Shown here one piece after another: positions 7,663 through 15,347 of a stretch of 34,960 nt of DNA. The stretch lies in the NCBI GenBank assembly GCA_050115055.1, contig JASFRE010000001.1, forward strand, positions 1-34,960, written 5' to 3'. Each line of letters opens with the position of its first letter. Position 1 is the stretch's first letter. Below the pieces are notes generated by a model that was given only the letters and a program-made list of their open reading frames with translations, was not told the DNA's origin and searched no databases. A program made the position numbers and the translations under genes. This DNA is from Candidatus Eiseniibacteriota bacterium (GTDB taxonomy: Bacteria; Eisenbacteria; RBG-16-71-46; CAVPCR01; CBDCWB01).

Positions 7663-8493
7663 TCAACGCTCGACGATCTCCTCGAGGAGCAGCCGGTTCG
7701 GGATGCTCCAGCTCTCGGTGCCCGCCCTGAGCAGGGTGTCGACCGCACCGACCCGCTCGACCTCGCCGCGCCGCCCCTGCACGGCCACCGAGTGACCGAC
7801 CTCGAGGCTCCGGCGCAGGTAGTGTCCGGCGAGGATGTGTTCCACCAGGCGTCGGGAACCGAGCGCGAGGGCAATGCCCATCGACAGGGCGAAGGCCCCG
7901 AACAGCACGGTGGTCACGGTGACCAGGAGCTCGGTCGGCACGCCGAGCTGTTCGAGCGCCACGATGGCGACGACCAGCACGATGACACCCTGGGCGGCGT
8001 CGCCGAGACGATCGGCCTCACCGAAGCGCGCGGCCGCCGCGCCCGAGCGCACGACGTCGCGCGCGAAGCGGCCGACGAACAGGCCGATCAGGGCGATCAG
8101 ACCGGCCGCCAGCACGTTGGGCAGGTAGGCGATCACACGATCGATGGTGCCGGTCACCGCGCCGAGTCCGAGCGCCTCGGCCGCGATCAGGAGCACCGTC
8201 AGCATCAGGATCCAGTAGACCAGGCGGCCGGCGAGCGCCGACGGCGGCCTGCGAAGCCCGGCCTGGCGCAGGGGCCCGGTGAGCTCGAGCCGCTCCGCGG
8301 CACGATCGAGTCCGACCCGGTGCAGCGCCCGCACGACGAACGCTTGCAGCAGTCGTGCCGCGATCCAGCCGAGCACGAGGAGCAGCAGGGCACCGATCAG
8401 GCTCGGCAGGTAGGCACCGATTCGGGTCGCCAGGGCGTTCAGAGAGCTGGCCAGCACCGAGCGCCAGGTCTCCAGGTCGAAGATCTCCGTCAT
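7663..8493 (-). CDS. MscS-like / conserved-TM-helix membrane protein (mechanosensitive channel family)
   Basis: ORF 7663..9090, trimmed to the ATG at 8493, which has AAGGAG 4 nt upstream. It starts MTEIFDLETWRSV and has several hydrophobic helices. The C-terminal beta-domain-like segment VGHSVAVQGRRGEVERVGAVDTLLRAGTESWSIPNRLL is MscS-like. The stop lies 5 nt before the G1PDH ATG. Confidence 0.7.
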   Translation of the reverse strand: MTEIFDLETWRSVLASSLNALATRIGAYLPSLIGALLLLVLGWIAARLLQAFVVRALHRVGLDRAAERLELTGPLRQAGLRRPPSALAGRLVYWILMLTVLLIAAEALGLGAVTGTIDRVIAYLPNVLAAGLIALIGLFVGRFARDVVRSGAAAARFGEADRLGDAAQGVIVLVVAIVALEQLGVPTELLVTVTTVLFGAFALSMGIALALGSRRLVEHILAGHYLRRSLEVGHSVAVQGRRGEVERVGAVDTLLRAGTESWSIPNRLLLEEIVER

Positions 8494-8694
8494 GGCAACT
8501 CCTTCATGGTCGATCGACGACGCCGCGCCCGCCGGGGGCGCTCCGGGGCGCCGCATGGTGGCGCGGCGTCGCCGCATGCGGAAGGCGGGGCGAGAATACA
8601 CCATTGCTCCGTCGCCTCGGCCGGTGGCAAGCTCCCCGGCAGCTCTCCGCCGCTCTGAGTCTTCCGGCACCGCCCGGGACGGAGGGATCGGGAC

Positions 8695-9552
8695 ATGGAT
8701 CTGACGCGATCGCTGGCGCGCTCCTTCCTCGAGGACCACCCGCGGGACGCCGCGATGGTCATCGAGACGCTGACACCGACCGATGCCATCGAAGCGGTGT
8801 CGGGCGTCCCGGCCGCGCGGGTCGCGACGGTGCTCCGGTGGATGGCACCTGCGACCGCCGCGGCGCTGCTCGAGACCATGGTTCCCGATCGCGCCGTGGA
8901 GATGCTCGGGGCGCTGCCGGTCGGCAACGCCCCGTCCGTGCTGCGGCGTGTCGAGGAGGCGCGGCGCGAAGAGCTGCTCTCGGGGCTGCCCCCCGCGACC
9001 GGCAGCGCCCTGCGACGACTGCTGCGCTATCCGGCCGGCACCGCCGGTGCGGTCATGGACCCGCGCATCACCGCGCTCGTCGACGACCACACGGCCGAGG
9101 GCGCCCTGGCCCAGCTACGGCGCTCGCGGGACACCACGCTCTACAACCTCTACGTCATCGACCGTGAGCGGCGTCTGGTCGGCGTCCTCGATCTCGACGA
9201 GCTGCTCCGGGCCAGTCCGAGCTCCACGCTCCGCGCCCTGGCCCGACCGGCCGACCTGAGGATCCCGGTCGAGGCCGACCGCCGGCAGATCACCGCGCAT
9301 GCGGGCTGGCAGCGGGTCGACTCGCTGCCCGTCGTCGACGCGAACGGCGTCTTCCTGGGCGCCGTCCGCTACCGGACCATGCGCCAGCTGGAGAACGAGC
9401 TCGCCGCGACCGCCGTCGACGACGGTGTGTCGACCTCGCGCGCTCTGGGCGACCTGTTTGCCGCGGGGCTCGGGGGCATCGTCGACGCCATCGCCCAGTC
9501 CGTGTCGCCGGCCCACCGTCCCCGGGCCGATCGACGGGAGGAGGACCGATGA
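8695..9552 (+). CDS. MgtE N-terminal domain + CBS pair protein without transmembrane domain
   Basis: GGAGGG lies 8 nt upstream of the ATG. The sequence parallels the cytosolic half of the next gene (LLRYPAGTAGAVMDPRITAL versus LMSYPPDSAGALMDPRVLGF). There is no hydrophobic C-terminal domain. It has a 4-bp ATGA overlap with the mgtE start. Confidence 0.8.
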   Translation: MDLTRSLARSFLEDHPRDAAMVIETLTPTDAIEAVSGVPAARVATVLRWMAPATAAALLETMVPDRAVEMLGALPVGNAPSVLRRVEEARREELLSGLPPATGSALRRLLRYPAGTAGAVMDPRITALVDDHTAEGALAQLRRSRDTTLYNLYVIDRERRLVGVLDLDELLRASPSSTLRALARPADLRIPVEADRRQITAHAGWQRVDSLPVVDANGVFLGAVRYRTMRQLENELAATAVDDGVSTSRALGDLFAAGLGGIVDAIAQSVSPAHRPRADRREEDR

Positions 9553-10856
9553 CTCCCAAGCGCACCTCCGGAGAGCTGCGCCTCGCCCGGGCCTACATCG
9601 AGCGCCATCCGGCCGAGGCGGCGCGCCATCTCGATGCCGCACCGCCCGACGAGCTCGCGACCGTGCTCGAGGAGGAGAGCGCCGCACGGCGGACCCAGGT
9701 CATCCGCCACCTGAGCGGCGAGACCGCCTCGGAGGTCGTGCGCCTGCTCGGCGACGAGGCGACTCGGCAGCTCCTCCGGTCCCTCGATCCGAGTCGCGCC
9801 GCGGCGTTGCTGGCCCGACTCGAGCCCGAGGTCCAGGAGGCGAACCTGGCGCTACTCGAGCCGGGCCTGCGCGCGGAGCTCCGCGAGCTCATGAGCTATC
9901 CGCCGGACAGCGCCGGTGCGCTCATGGATCCCAGGGTGCTCGGGTTCGCGCGGGGCACGCAGGTTCGCGAGGTCCTCCGGCGCCTGCGGGCGCTCCGCCG
10001 GCGACGCGTGCAGGACCTGTTCGTCGTCGACGACGAGGGGGCGCTGCTCGGGACCGTGCCCCTGCAACGCGTCGTGCTCGCCGCCTCCGGAGATCACCTC
10101 GACCAGCTGGTCGACGAGCCGCCGGCGGCGGTGCAGGCCCTGGCGCCGCGCGACGAGATCATGGAGCTCCTGTCGGCGCACCGCGCCTCCAGCCTGCCGG
10201 TGGTCGACTTCGAGGGCCGGCTCCTCGGCGTCCTCCGCCAGGACGAGCTGATCGCCACCGCACAGCAGGACGCGACCACCGACATGGTCACCATGGTCGG
10301 GGCGGGCAAGGACGAGCGGGCACTGTCGACGCCCTGGTTCGCGGTGCGCAAGCGCCTACCTTGGTTGGAGATCAACCTGCTGACCGCCTTCCTGGCCGCC
10401 TCGGTGGTCGGGGTCTTCGAGGACACGATCGCCCGCTTCACGGCCCTCGCCGTCCTCCTCCCGGTGGTCGCCGGTCAGTCGGGCAACACCGGCGCCCAGG
10501 CCCTCGCGGTCACCATGCGCGGGCTGGCACTCAGGGAGATCCGCCTGCGACACTGGCTGCGGGTCACCTCGAAGGAGCTGCTCGCCGGTTGCCTGAACGG
10601 TGTCGCGGTCGCCGTCACCACGGCGGGCGCGGTCTACGTCTGGAGCCGCTCGACCGGGCTCGCGATGGTCATCGGCGTGTCGATGATCATCTCGATGACC
10701 GCCGCGGGGCTCGCCGGTGCCACGATCCCGCTCATCCTCACGCGTCTCAGGCAGGATCCGGCGCAGTCGTCGTCGATCATCCTGACGACGGTCACCGACG
10801 TGGTCGGCTTCTTCAGCTTCCTGGGAATCGCGACGCTGCTCGCGTCGAAGTTGTGA
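9549..10856 (+). CDS. mgtE: Magnesium transporter MgtE
   Basis: It has an N-domain, a CBS pair and a TM domain with VVAGQSGNTGAQALAVTMRGLALREI and TTVTDVVGFFSFLGIATL, both characteristic MgtE motifs. Confidence 0.9.
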   Translation: MTPKRTSGELRLARAYIERHPAEAARHLDAAPPDELATVLEEESAARRTQVIRHLSGETASEVVRLLGDEATRQLLRSLDPSRAAALLARLEPEVQEANLALLEPGLRAELRELMSYPPDSAGALMDPRVLGFARGTQVREVLRRLRALRRRRVQDLFVVDDEGALLGTVPLQRVVLAASGDHLDQLVDEPPAAVQALAPRDEIMELLSAHRASSLPVVDFEGRLLGVLRQDELIATAQQDATTDMVTMVGAGKDERALSTPWFAVRKRLPWLEINLLTAFLAASVVGVFEDTIARFTALAVLLPVVAGQSGNTGAQALAVTMRGLALREIRLRHWLRVTSKELLAGCLNGVAVAVTTAGAVYVWSRSTGLAMVIGVSMIISMTAAGLAGATIPLILTRLRQDPAQSSSIILTTVTDVVGFFSFLGIATLLASKL

Positions 10857-10860
10857 CCGA

Positions 10861-10878
10861 CCGCGCCGGGGGGCGCGG
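10861..10878. terminator. GC-rich hairpin CCGCGCC-GGGG-GGCGCGG in the convergent gap between mgtE and the HD gene
   Basis: A 7-bp perfect stem is seen directly, 5 nt after the mgtE stop. A second small hairpin (CCCGGCAGCCGGG) follows. There is no U-tract. Confidence 0.35.
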
Positions 10879-10905
10879 CCCGGCAGCCGGGCGCCGCTTG
10901 GCCCT

Positions 10906-11379
10906 CTACCTGCCCCGCAGGCGCTCGAGGGCGCGCGCGTAACGCCCCAGCTTCCCGCGCAGGGCCGCCGCTTCCGTCGACGTCTCCCCCGCCCGCTCCG
11001 CGGCCTCGATGACCTCGAGCGCCCGCCGCCGGTTGTCCTCGGCGTCGAGGATCTTGACGCGCCGCGCCAGGGGGACCGCCGCAGCGCGCTCGATGTAGGC
11101 GTCGTAGTCCTCGCCGTGGCGGCGGCTCAGGGCATCGACGGCCACCACCAGGCGCTCGTCGAAACCCTCGCGGCGCAGCCCGGCCGGCGTCCACGACGAG
11201 CCCTCGATGACGTCGTGCAGGATGGCGACGATCCGCTCATCGTCGTCTGCGGCGCGCGCCATCATCCGGAGCGGATGCAGGATCTTGGCCTCGCCGCCCT
11301 TGCCGGTCTGTCCCGAGTGGGCATCGAGGGCGACGGCCAGGGCGCGTTCGATCAGCGCTCTCGTGGACGCTGGCGTCAT
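10906..11379 (-). CDS. HD-domain phosphohydrolase, SpoT/Mesh1-like (small alarmone hydrolase-like)
   Basis: ORF 10906..12003, trimmed to the ATG at 11379, which overlaps the sixA-like stop as ATGA. AHSGQTGKGGEAKILHPLRMMA....IVAILHDVIE matches the RelA/SpoT hydrolase pattern H-x-GQ...HP...LHD. Confidence 0.75.
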   Translation of the reverse strand: MTPASTRALIERALAVALDAHSGQTGKGGEAKILHPLRMMARAADDDERIVAILHDVIEGSSWTPAGLRREGFDERLVVAVDALSRRHGEDYDAYIERAAAVPLARRVKILDAEDNRRRALEVIEAAERAGETSTEAAALRGKLGRYARALERLRGR

Positions 11380-11882
11380 GAGGCGCCGTCGCTGTCGCGC
11401 TTCGGGTAGTCGAAGTCCATCACGACGGGAACGGTGACGTCGATGTCCGCCCAGCGGTCGACGTCGAGGCGGAGCTCGACGACTCCCGAGGTCGGCACGT
11501 TGCCGATCGGCTCGCAGTCGAACCGGTTGACCAGATCGGTCAGGTCCGGGTTGTGTCCGAACAGCATCAAGTGGTCGATCGAGTCGGGTTGCGCGCGCAC
11601 GATCTCGAGCAGCGCGTCGGCATCGCCGTGGTAGATGCGCTCGTCGAACCGGATCGCCTGGCGATCGACACCGAGCGCCTCGGCGAAGGCCGCGGCGGTC
11701 CTGCGGGCGCGGCGCGCCGGGCTCGAGAGCAGCAGGTCCGGGCGCGCTCCGCGACCGGCGACGCGCGCCGCCATGCGCGGCGCGTCGCGCTTGCCACGCT
11801 TGTTGAGCGGCCGATCGAGGTCGGGCAGGGTCGAGTCCGACCAGCTCGACTTGGCGTGGCGCACCAGGGTGACGATCTTCAT
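11376..11882 (-). CDS. sixA: SixA-type phosphohistidine phosphatase (histidine phosphatase superfamily)
   Basis: ORF 11376..12710, trimmed to the ATG at 11882, which overlaps the stop of the giant Hsp70-like gene as ATGA. It starts MKIVTLVRHAKSSW...DRPLNKRGKRDA and also has LLLSSPARRARRTA and LFGHNPDL. Confidence 0.8.
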   Translation of the reverse strand: MKIVTLVRHAKSSWSDSTLPDLDRPLNKRGKRDAPRMAARVAGRGARPDLLLSSPARRARRTAAAFAEALGVDRQAIRFDERIYHGDADALLEIVRAQPDSIDHLMLFGHNPDLTDLVNRFDCEPIGNVPTSGVVELRLDVDRWADIDVTVPVVMDFDYPKRDSDGAS

Positions 11883-14800
11883 CGATCCCCCGCCTCCGGC
11901 GCGCCGTCGCCGGCGGTCGCCCCGGCCGGGGCGACCTCGGGCTCGACCAGCACCAGCCCGGCCGGCAACGCCTCGCCGAACACCCTGCTGTCCTCGTCGC
12001 CACCCAGCTCGCCGCCCTCGCTCACCAGCTCGATCTCGCGCGCGTAGTCGCCGGCCTCGCGCAGCCGGCCCACGACGCGCTCGCGCAGCGCCTCGCCGAT
12101 GTCGCGCTCCCGGTCGCCGGTGCGGCGGGCCAGGTGCGCCAGCGTGTGCGCGATCGCGTCGGCATCGGGCCACGCGCTCTCGAGCAGGGCGGTGATCCAT
12201 CTCTCCACCGCCTTCCGCGAGACGACGCGGTTCGCGTGCCCGTGGAACGGCACCCGCGCCCCCAGCCGTGCCAGGACCCAGGCGTCCTGTTCGGCCGGCT
12301 TGCCGGCCGTGATCCGCGCGACGATCTCGCGACCGAGGTCCGCCTTGCGCGCCGGTTCGATGTGTTCGAGGCTGGCGGCGCACAGCCACATCTCCACGCG
12401 CTCCTGCTTGCCGAGCCGCCGCGGGATGAAGCCCGCGGCACCGCCACCGCTCGCGCCATGGCGCCCGCCGGTGCGGCCGCGCGTCTTGCTCTTGGCCTTG
12501 CCCTTGCCCCTGGACTTCGCGGAGCGTGCGGCCTTGCCCGGCGCACCGCCACCACCCGGGCCGGCGACGAGCGGCGGCACCAGCGGGTGCACGAGCTGCT
12601 CCTGCTGGCCGGCGGAGAGCCCGCCGGCCACGCGCCGCCACAGGATCCACCACTCGGTCCGGCACTGCTCGTTGCCGGGATGCAGCACCCCGGCATGCGA
12701 GATCTTCCACAGCTCGCGGAGTCGCCAGTCGTCCATCGGGTAGCCGAACCCGGGGCGCAGGCAGAAGCCGATCAGGTTGAGCCAGCGAGCCTCGTGCGCC
12801 GGGCTGCGGCGGCGGTGCTCGCGCACGTCCAGCAGCAGCTCGGCCAGCTTGCGGAGCGCCGCCAGGGGCCAGGCGTCGCGCTCGAGCTGGATCGCATCCC
12901 GCAGTCGCCGCATCAGGTTCTGCGGCGTCACCGGTCCGTCACGCCGGCCGCCGGTACCACGTCGCACGTCGCCGGTGTCCACCCCGGCGCCGGTATCCGT
13001 CGCGGCACCGGCGTCCGCGGCGGCGCCGGCGTCCGCCGCACCAGCCGCGTCGTCCTCCGCGTCGAGCTCCTCGCGCGGCACGAAGGCCTCGCGCACCAGT
13101 CGCTCCATCACCTCGACCAGGTTCTCGTCGAGCGTCACGCCCTGATCGAGCGTCGTGCCCGGCGCCGCGCTCTCGTCGCCCGGCTCGCGTCGAACCTGGA
13201 AGCGCAGCCGCCAGCGGTGCTCGCTCTCCTGCGAGGCACAGAAGAGCTCCAGCGTCCCGACCTCCGTCAGGTGAGCCTCGAGGCGCACCGGCAACAGGCG
13301 CTCGCCGGCCTTGGTGCCGAAGCGCAGCACGGTGCGGATCGGCGGCAGCTCGACCACCGCGTCCCGCTCGACGATGACCACGTCGGCCACCCGGTCGGTG
13401 CGCACGCTCGAGCTGTAGAGCGCGAAGGCGACCGGTCGGTTGACGTGCGCCTCGAAGGGGCGCTCGAGCTCGATGGTCTCCCCCTCCTCGGTGCCGCGCC
13501 GCACGAGACAGACCGTCGCCACCGGATCCTCGAGCTCCGGCTCGTCGATCTCGATGCCCTCGACCGCCACGTAGTAGCCGCGCGCGCTGCCGCCGTGGAT
13601 GCGCACGCCGCGGCCGCGCCGCACGATGCCGTAATAGGCGGCACCGCGTGCCACGGCCAGCCTGAGGTCCGGGTTCTCGAGCTCGGTCGGCCGGAACGCC
13701 GCATCCTCGTCCGCGAACCAGGCGGAGACCACGTCGAGCAGTCGATGGCGGACTGCCGGCGGCGTCAGCGCCGCACCGTTCCACAGCACGAGATCGGGGC
13801 GGGCGAGCGGCACGCTCGCGCCGGGGCGCGCATCGACGCTCGCGTGATGCCGGCCGAGGAACTCGGCGAGGTGACGGGTGACGGCGGCATCGGAAACATA
13901 CGGCAATCCCCACTCGCGGAGCCCGGAGCGCCGCCGCTCGGGGCGCGCGCCCGCATCGACCAGCGGGAAGAAGCCGTCGACGACCACGCGCCGTGCCTCG
14001 TCGTAGGAGAGCTCGGTCTGGATGAAGCCGCCGACGACGCGCGACCCACCTCCCATGACCCCGACCGGCACCGACCGTCCGGAACCCGCGTGCGTCCCGG
14101 CCGTCTCCGGATCCGGCCGGTCCGCCTCCGGTTCCTGGGAGGGCCAGCCGGCCGGGTGGCGCATGCCGAAGGCCGGCCCCCCCGCGACGTCCGGCAGCGC
14201 GGCGTCGTCGCCTGCCGACTCGCCAGCCGGCCCGGCCGGCGGCGCCGCCACGTCCTCACCGGGCCCCTGCACCTCCTCGCCGAGCAGCGTCTCCTTGGCG
14301 CCGCGGCAGGCGTGCGTCAGGCCGGCCCAGGCCTGCGTGTCGAGCGTCGCCCCCTGCGCCTTCAGCCGCTCCTCGAGCTGCCGCGCCAGCGCCAGGTCCA
14401 TGTTGTCGCCGCCGAGCATCAGGTGCTCACCGACCGCGACGCGCTCGAAGCGCAGCCCCTGCCGGCCCTCCCGCACCACGATCAGGCTGAAGTCGGTCGT
14501 GCCGCCGCCGACGTCGCAGACCAGGATGACCTGGTCGGCATGCAGGACACTGGCCCACTCCGAGGAGTGCGCGGCAAGCCAGGCGTAGAACGCCGCCTGC
14601 GGCTCCTCGAGCAGCCTCACGCGTTCGATGCCGGCGGCCTGCGCCGCCTCGAGCGTCAGCTCCCGCGCCACCTCGTCGAACGAGGCGGGCACCGTGAGCA
14701 CGACGTCCTGCCGTGCCAGGGCAAGCTCCGGATCGTCGCCCGCCATCGATGCATCCCAGGCCTCGCGCACGTGCTCGAGGTAGCGGGCCGAGACCGCCAC

Positions 14801-15316
14801 CGGCGACAGCTTCTCGACCTCGTCGCTACCGCCCCACGGCAGGATCGGGGCGGTGCGATCGACGTCGCCGTGACACAGCCAGGACTTGGCCGACGACACC
14901 AGCCGCCCCGGGACCCGCGCCCCCTGGTCGCGGGCGAACTCGCCGACCGCGTAGCGCCGCCCCCGCGTCCAGGGCAGCACGGTGGCCCCCTCCGGCAACT
15001 CGTGCGTTCCCGGCAGGTAGAGGAAGGAGGGCAGGGTGGCGCGCGGCGCCACGGCCCCCTCGGCGACGAGCTGCGGCACCTCGAAGGTGTGGACCGGCGG
15101 ATCGCCCGACCAGCGCTCGCGCGTGTCGATGTAGGCGACGGCCGAGTTCGTGGTGCCGAGATCGATCCCGATCACGTAGCGCGATGGCTCGCGGTCAGAC
15201 GTGGAATCCTGCGGCAACTCGTGTGCCGTCCCCGGTGTCACACCGTCGCCGCCCCGTGCGCCGGCACCGCCTGCCGCGTCCTTGCCCGCCTTGTCGTCGA
15301 TTCCAGGATGGACCAT
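11879..15316 (-). CDS. Giant Hsp70-family ATPase paralogue (NBD + beta-domain + about 400-aa helical C-terminal domain)
   Basis: Motifs are YVIGIDLGTTNSAVAY, SAKSWLCHGDVDRTAPILPW, LLEEPQAAFYAW, VCDVGGGTTDFSLI and LGGDNMDLALA. I prefer the ATG at 15316 because third-position GC drops upstream of it. The ATG at 15370 (ORF track, 23-nt overlap with the upstream gene) remains possible. Confidence 0.85.
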   Translation of the reverse strand: MVHPGIDDKAGKDAAGGAGARGGDGVTPGTAHELPQDSTSDREPSRYVIGIDLGTTNSAVAYIDTRERWSGDPPVHTFEVPQLVAEGAVAPRATLPSFLYLPGTHELPEGATVLPWTRGRRYAVGEFARDQGARVPGRLVSSAKSWLCHGDVDRTAPILPWGGSDEVEKLSPVAVSARYLEHVREAWDASMAGDDPELALARQDVVLTVPASFDEVARELTLEAAQAAGIERVRLLEEPQAAFYAWLAAHSSEWASVLHADQVILVCDVGGGTTDFSLIVVREGRQGLRFERVAVGEHLMLGGDNMDLALARQLEERLKAQGATLDTQAWAGLTHACRGAKETLLGEEVQGPGEDVAAPPAGPAGESAGDDAALPDVAGGPAFGMRHPAGWPSQEPEADRPDPETAGTHAGSGRSVPVGVMGGGSRVVGGFIQTELSYDEARRVVVDGFFPLVDAGARPERRRSGLREWGLPYVSDAAVTRHLAEFLGRHHASVDARPGASVPLARPDLVLWNGAALTPPAVRHRLLDVVSAWFADEDAAFRPTELENPDLRLAVARGAAYYGIVRRGRGVRIHGGSARGYYVAVEGIEIDEPELEDPVATVCLVRRGTEEGETIELERPFEAHVNRPVAFALYSSSVRTDRVADVVIVERDAVVELPPIRTVLRFGTKAGERLLPVRLEAHLTEVGTLELFCASQESEHRWRLRFQVRREPGDESAAPGTTLDQGVTLDENLVEVMERLVREAFVPREELDAEDDAAGAADAGAAADAGAATDTGAGVDTGDVRRGTGGRRDGPVTPQNLMRRLRDAIQLERDAWPLAALRKLAELLLDVREHRRRSPAHEARWLNLIGFCLRPGFGYPMDDWRLRELWKISHAGVLHPGNEQCRTEWWILWRRVAGGLSAGQQEQLVHPLVPPLVAGPGGGGAPGKAARSAKSRGKGKAKSKTRGRTGGRHGASGGGAAGFIPRRLGKQERVEMWLCAASLEHIEPARKADLGREIVARITAGKPAEQDAWVLARLGARVPFHGHANRVVSRKAVERWITALLESAWPDADAIAHTLAHLARRTGDRERDIGEALRERVVGRLREAGDYAREIELVSEGGELGGDEDSRVFGEALPAGLVLVEPEVAPAGATAGDGAPEAGDR

Positions 15317-15347
15317 CACACCAGCACCTGCCGATCCACTGTCCGGA

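Noticed and set aside
8494-8694. Possible Mg2+ (M-box) riboswitch upstream of the mgtE gene pair
   Set aside because: The context is attractive, since M-boxes precede mgtE in Firmicutes. However, I could not recognise the conserved M-box core by eye. The 200-bp region must also hold the divergent promoter of the MscS-like gene. It needs an Infernal scan with Rfam RF00380 before any claim.
8494-9090. N-terminal 199-aa extension of ORF 7663..9090, and similar extensions of ORFs 10906..12003, 11376..12710, 17395..18588, 20250..22142 and 2736..3605
   Set aside because: The extensions are Arg/Gly/Pro-rich and overlap neighbouring genes or intergenic DNA. In each case an internal ATG coincides with the start of the recognisable domain. 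That ATG has either a good Shine-Dalgarno sequence or an ATGA overlap with the upstream gene.
9299-10942. 547-aa + strand ORF overlapping mgtE in another frame
   Set aside because: This is an out-of-frame shadow. The 9549..10856 frame contains canonical MgtE pore motifs.
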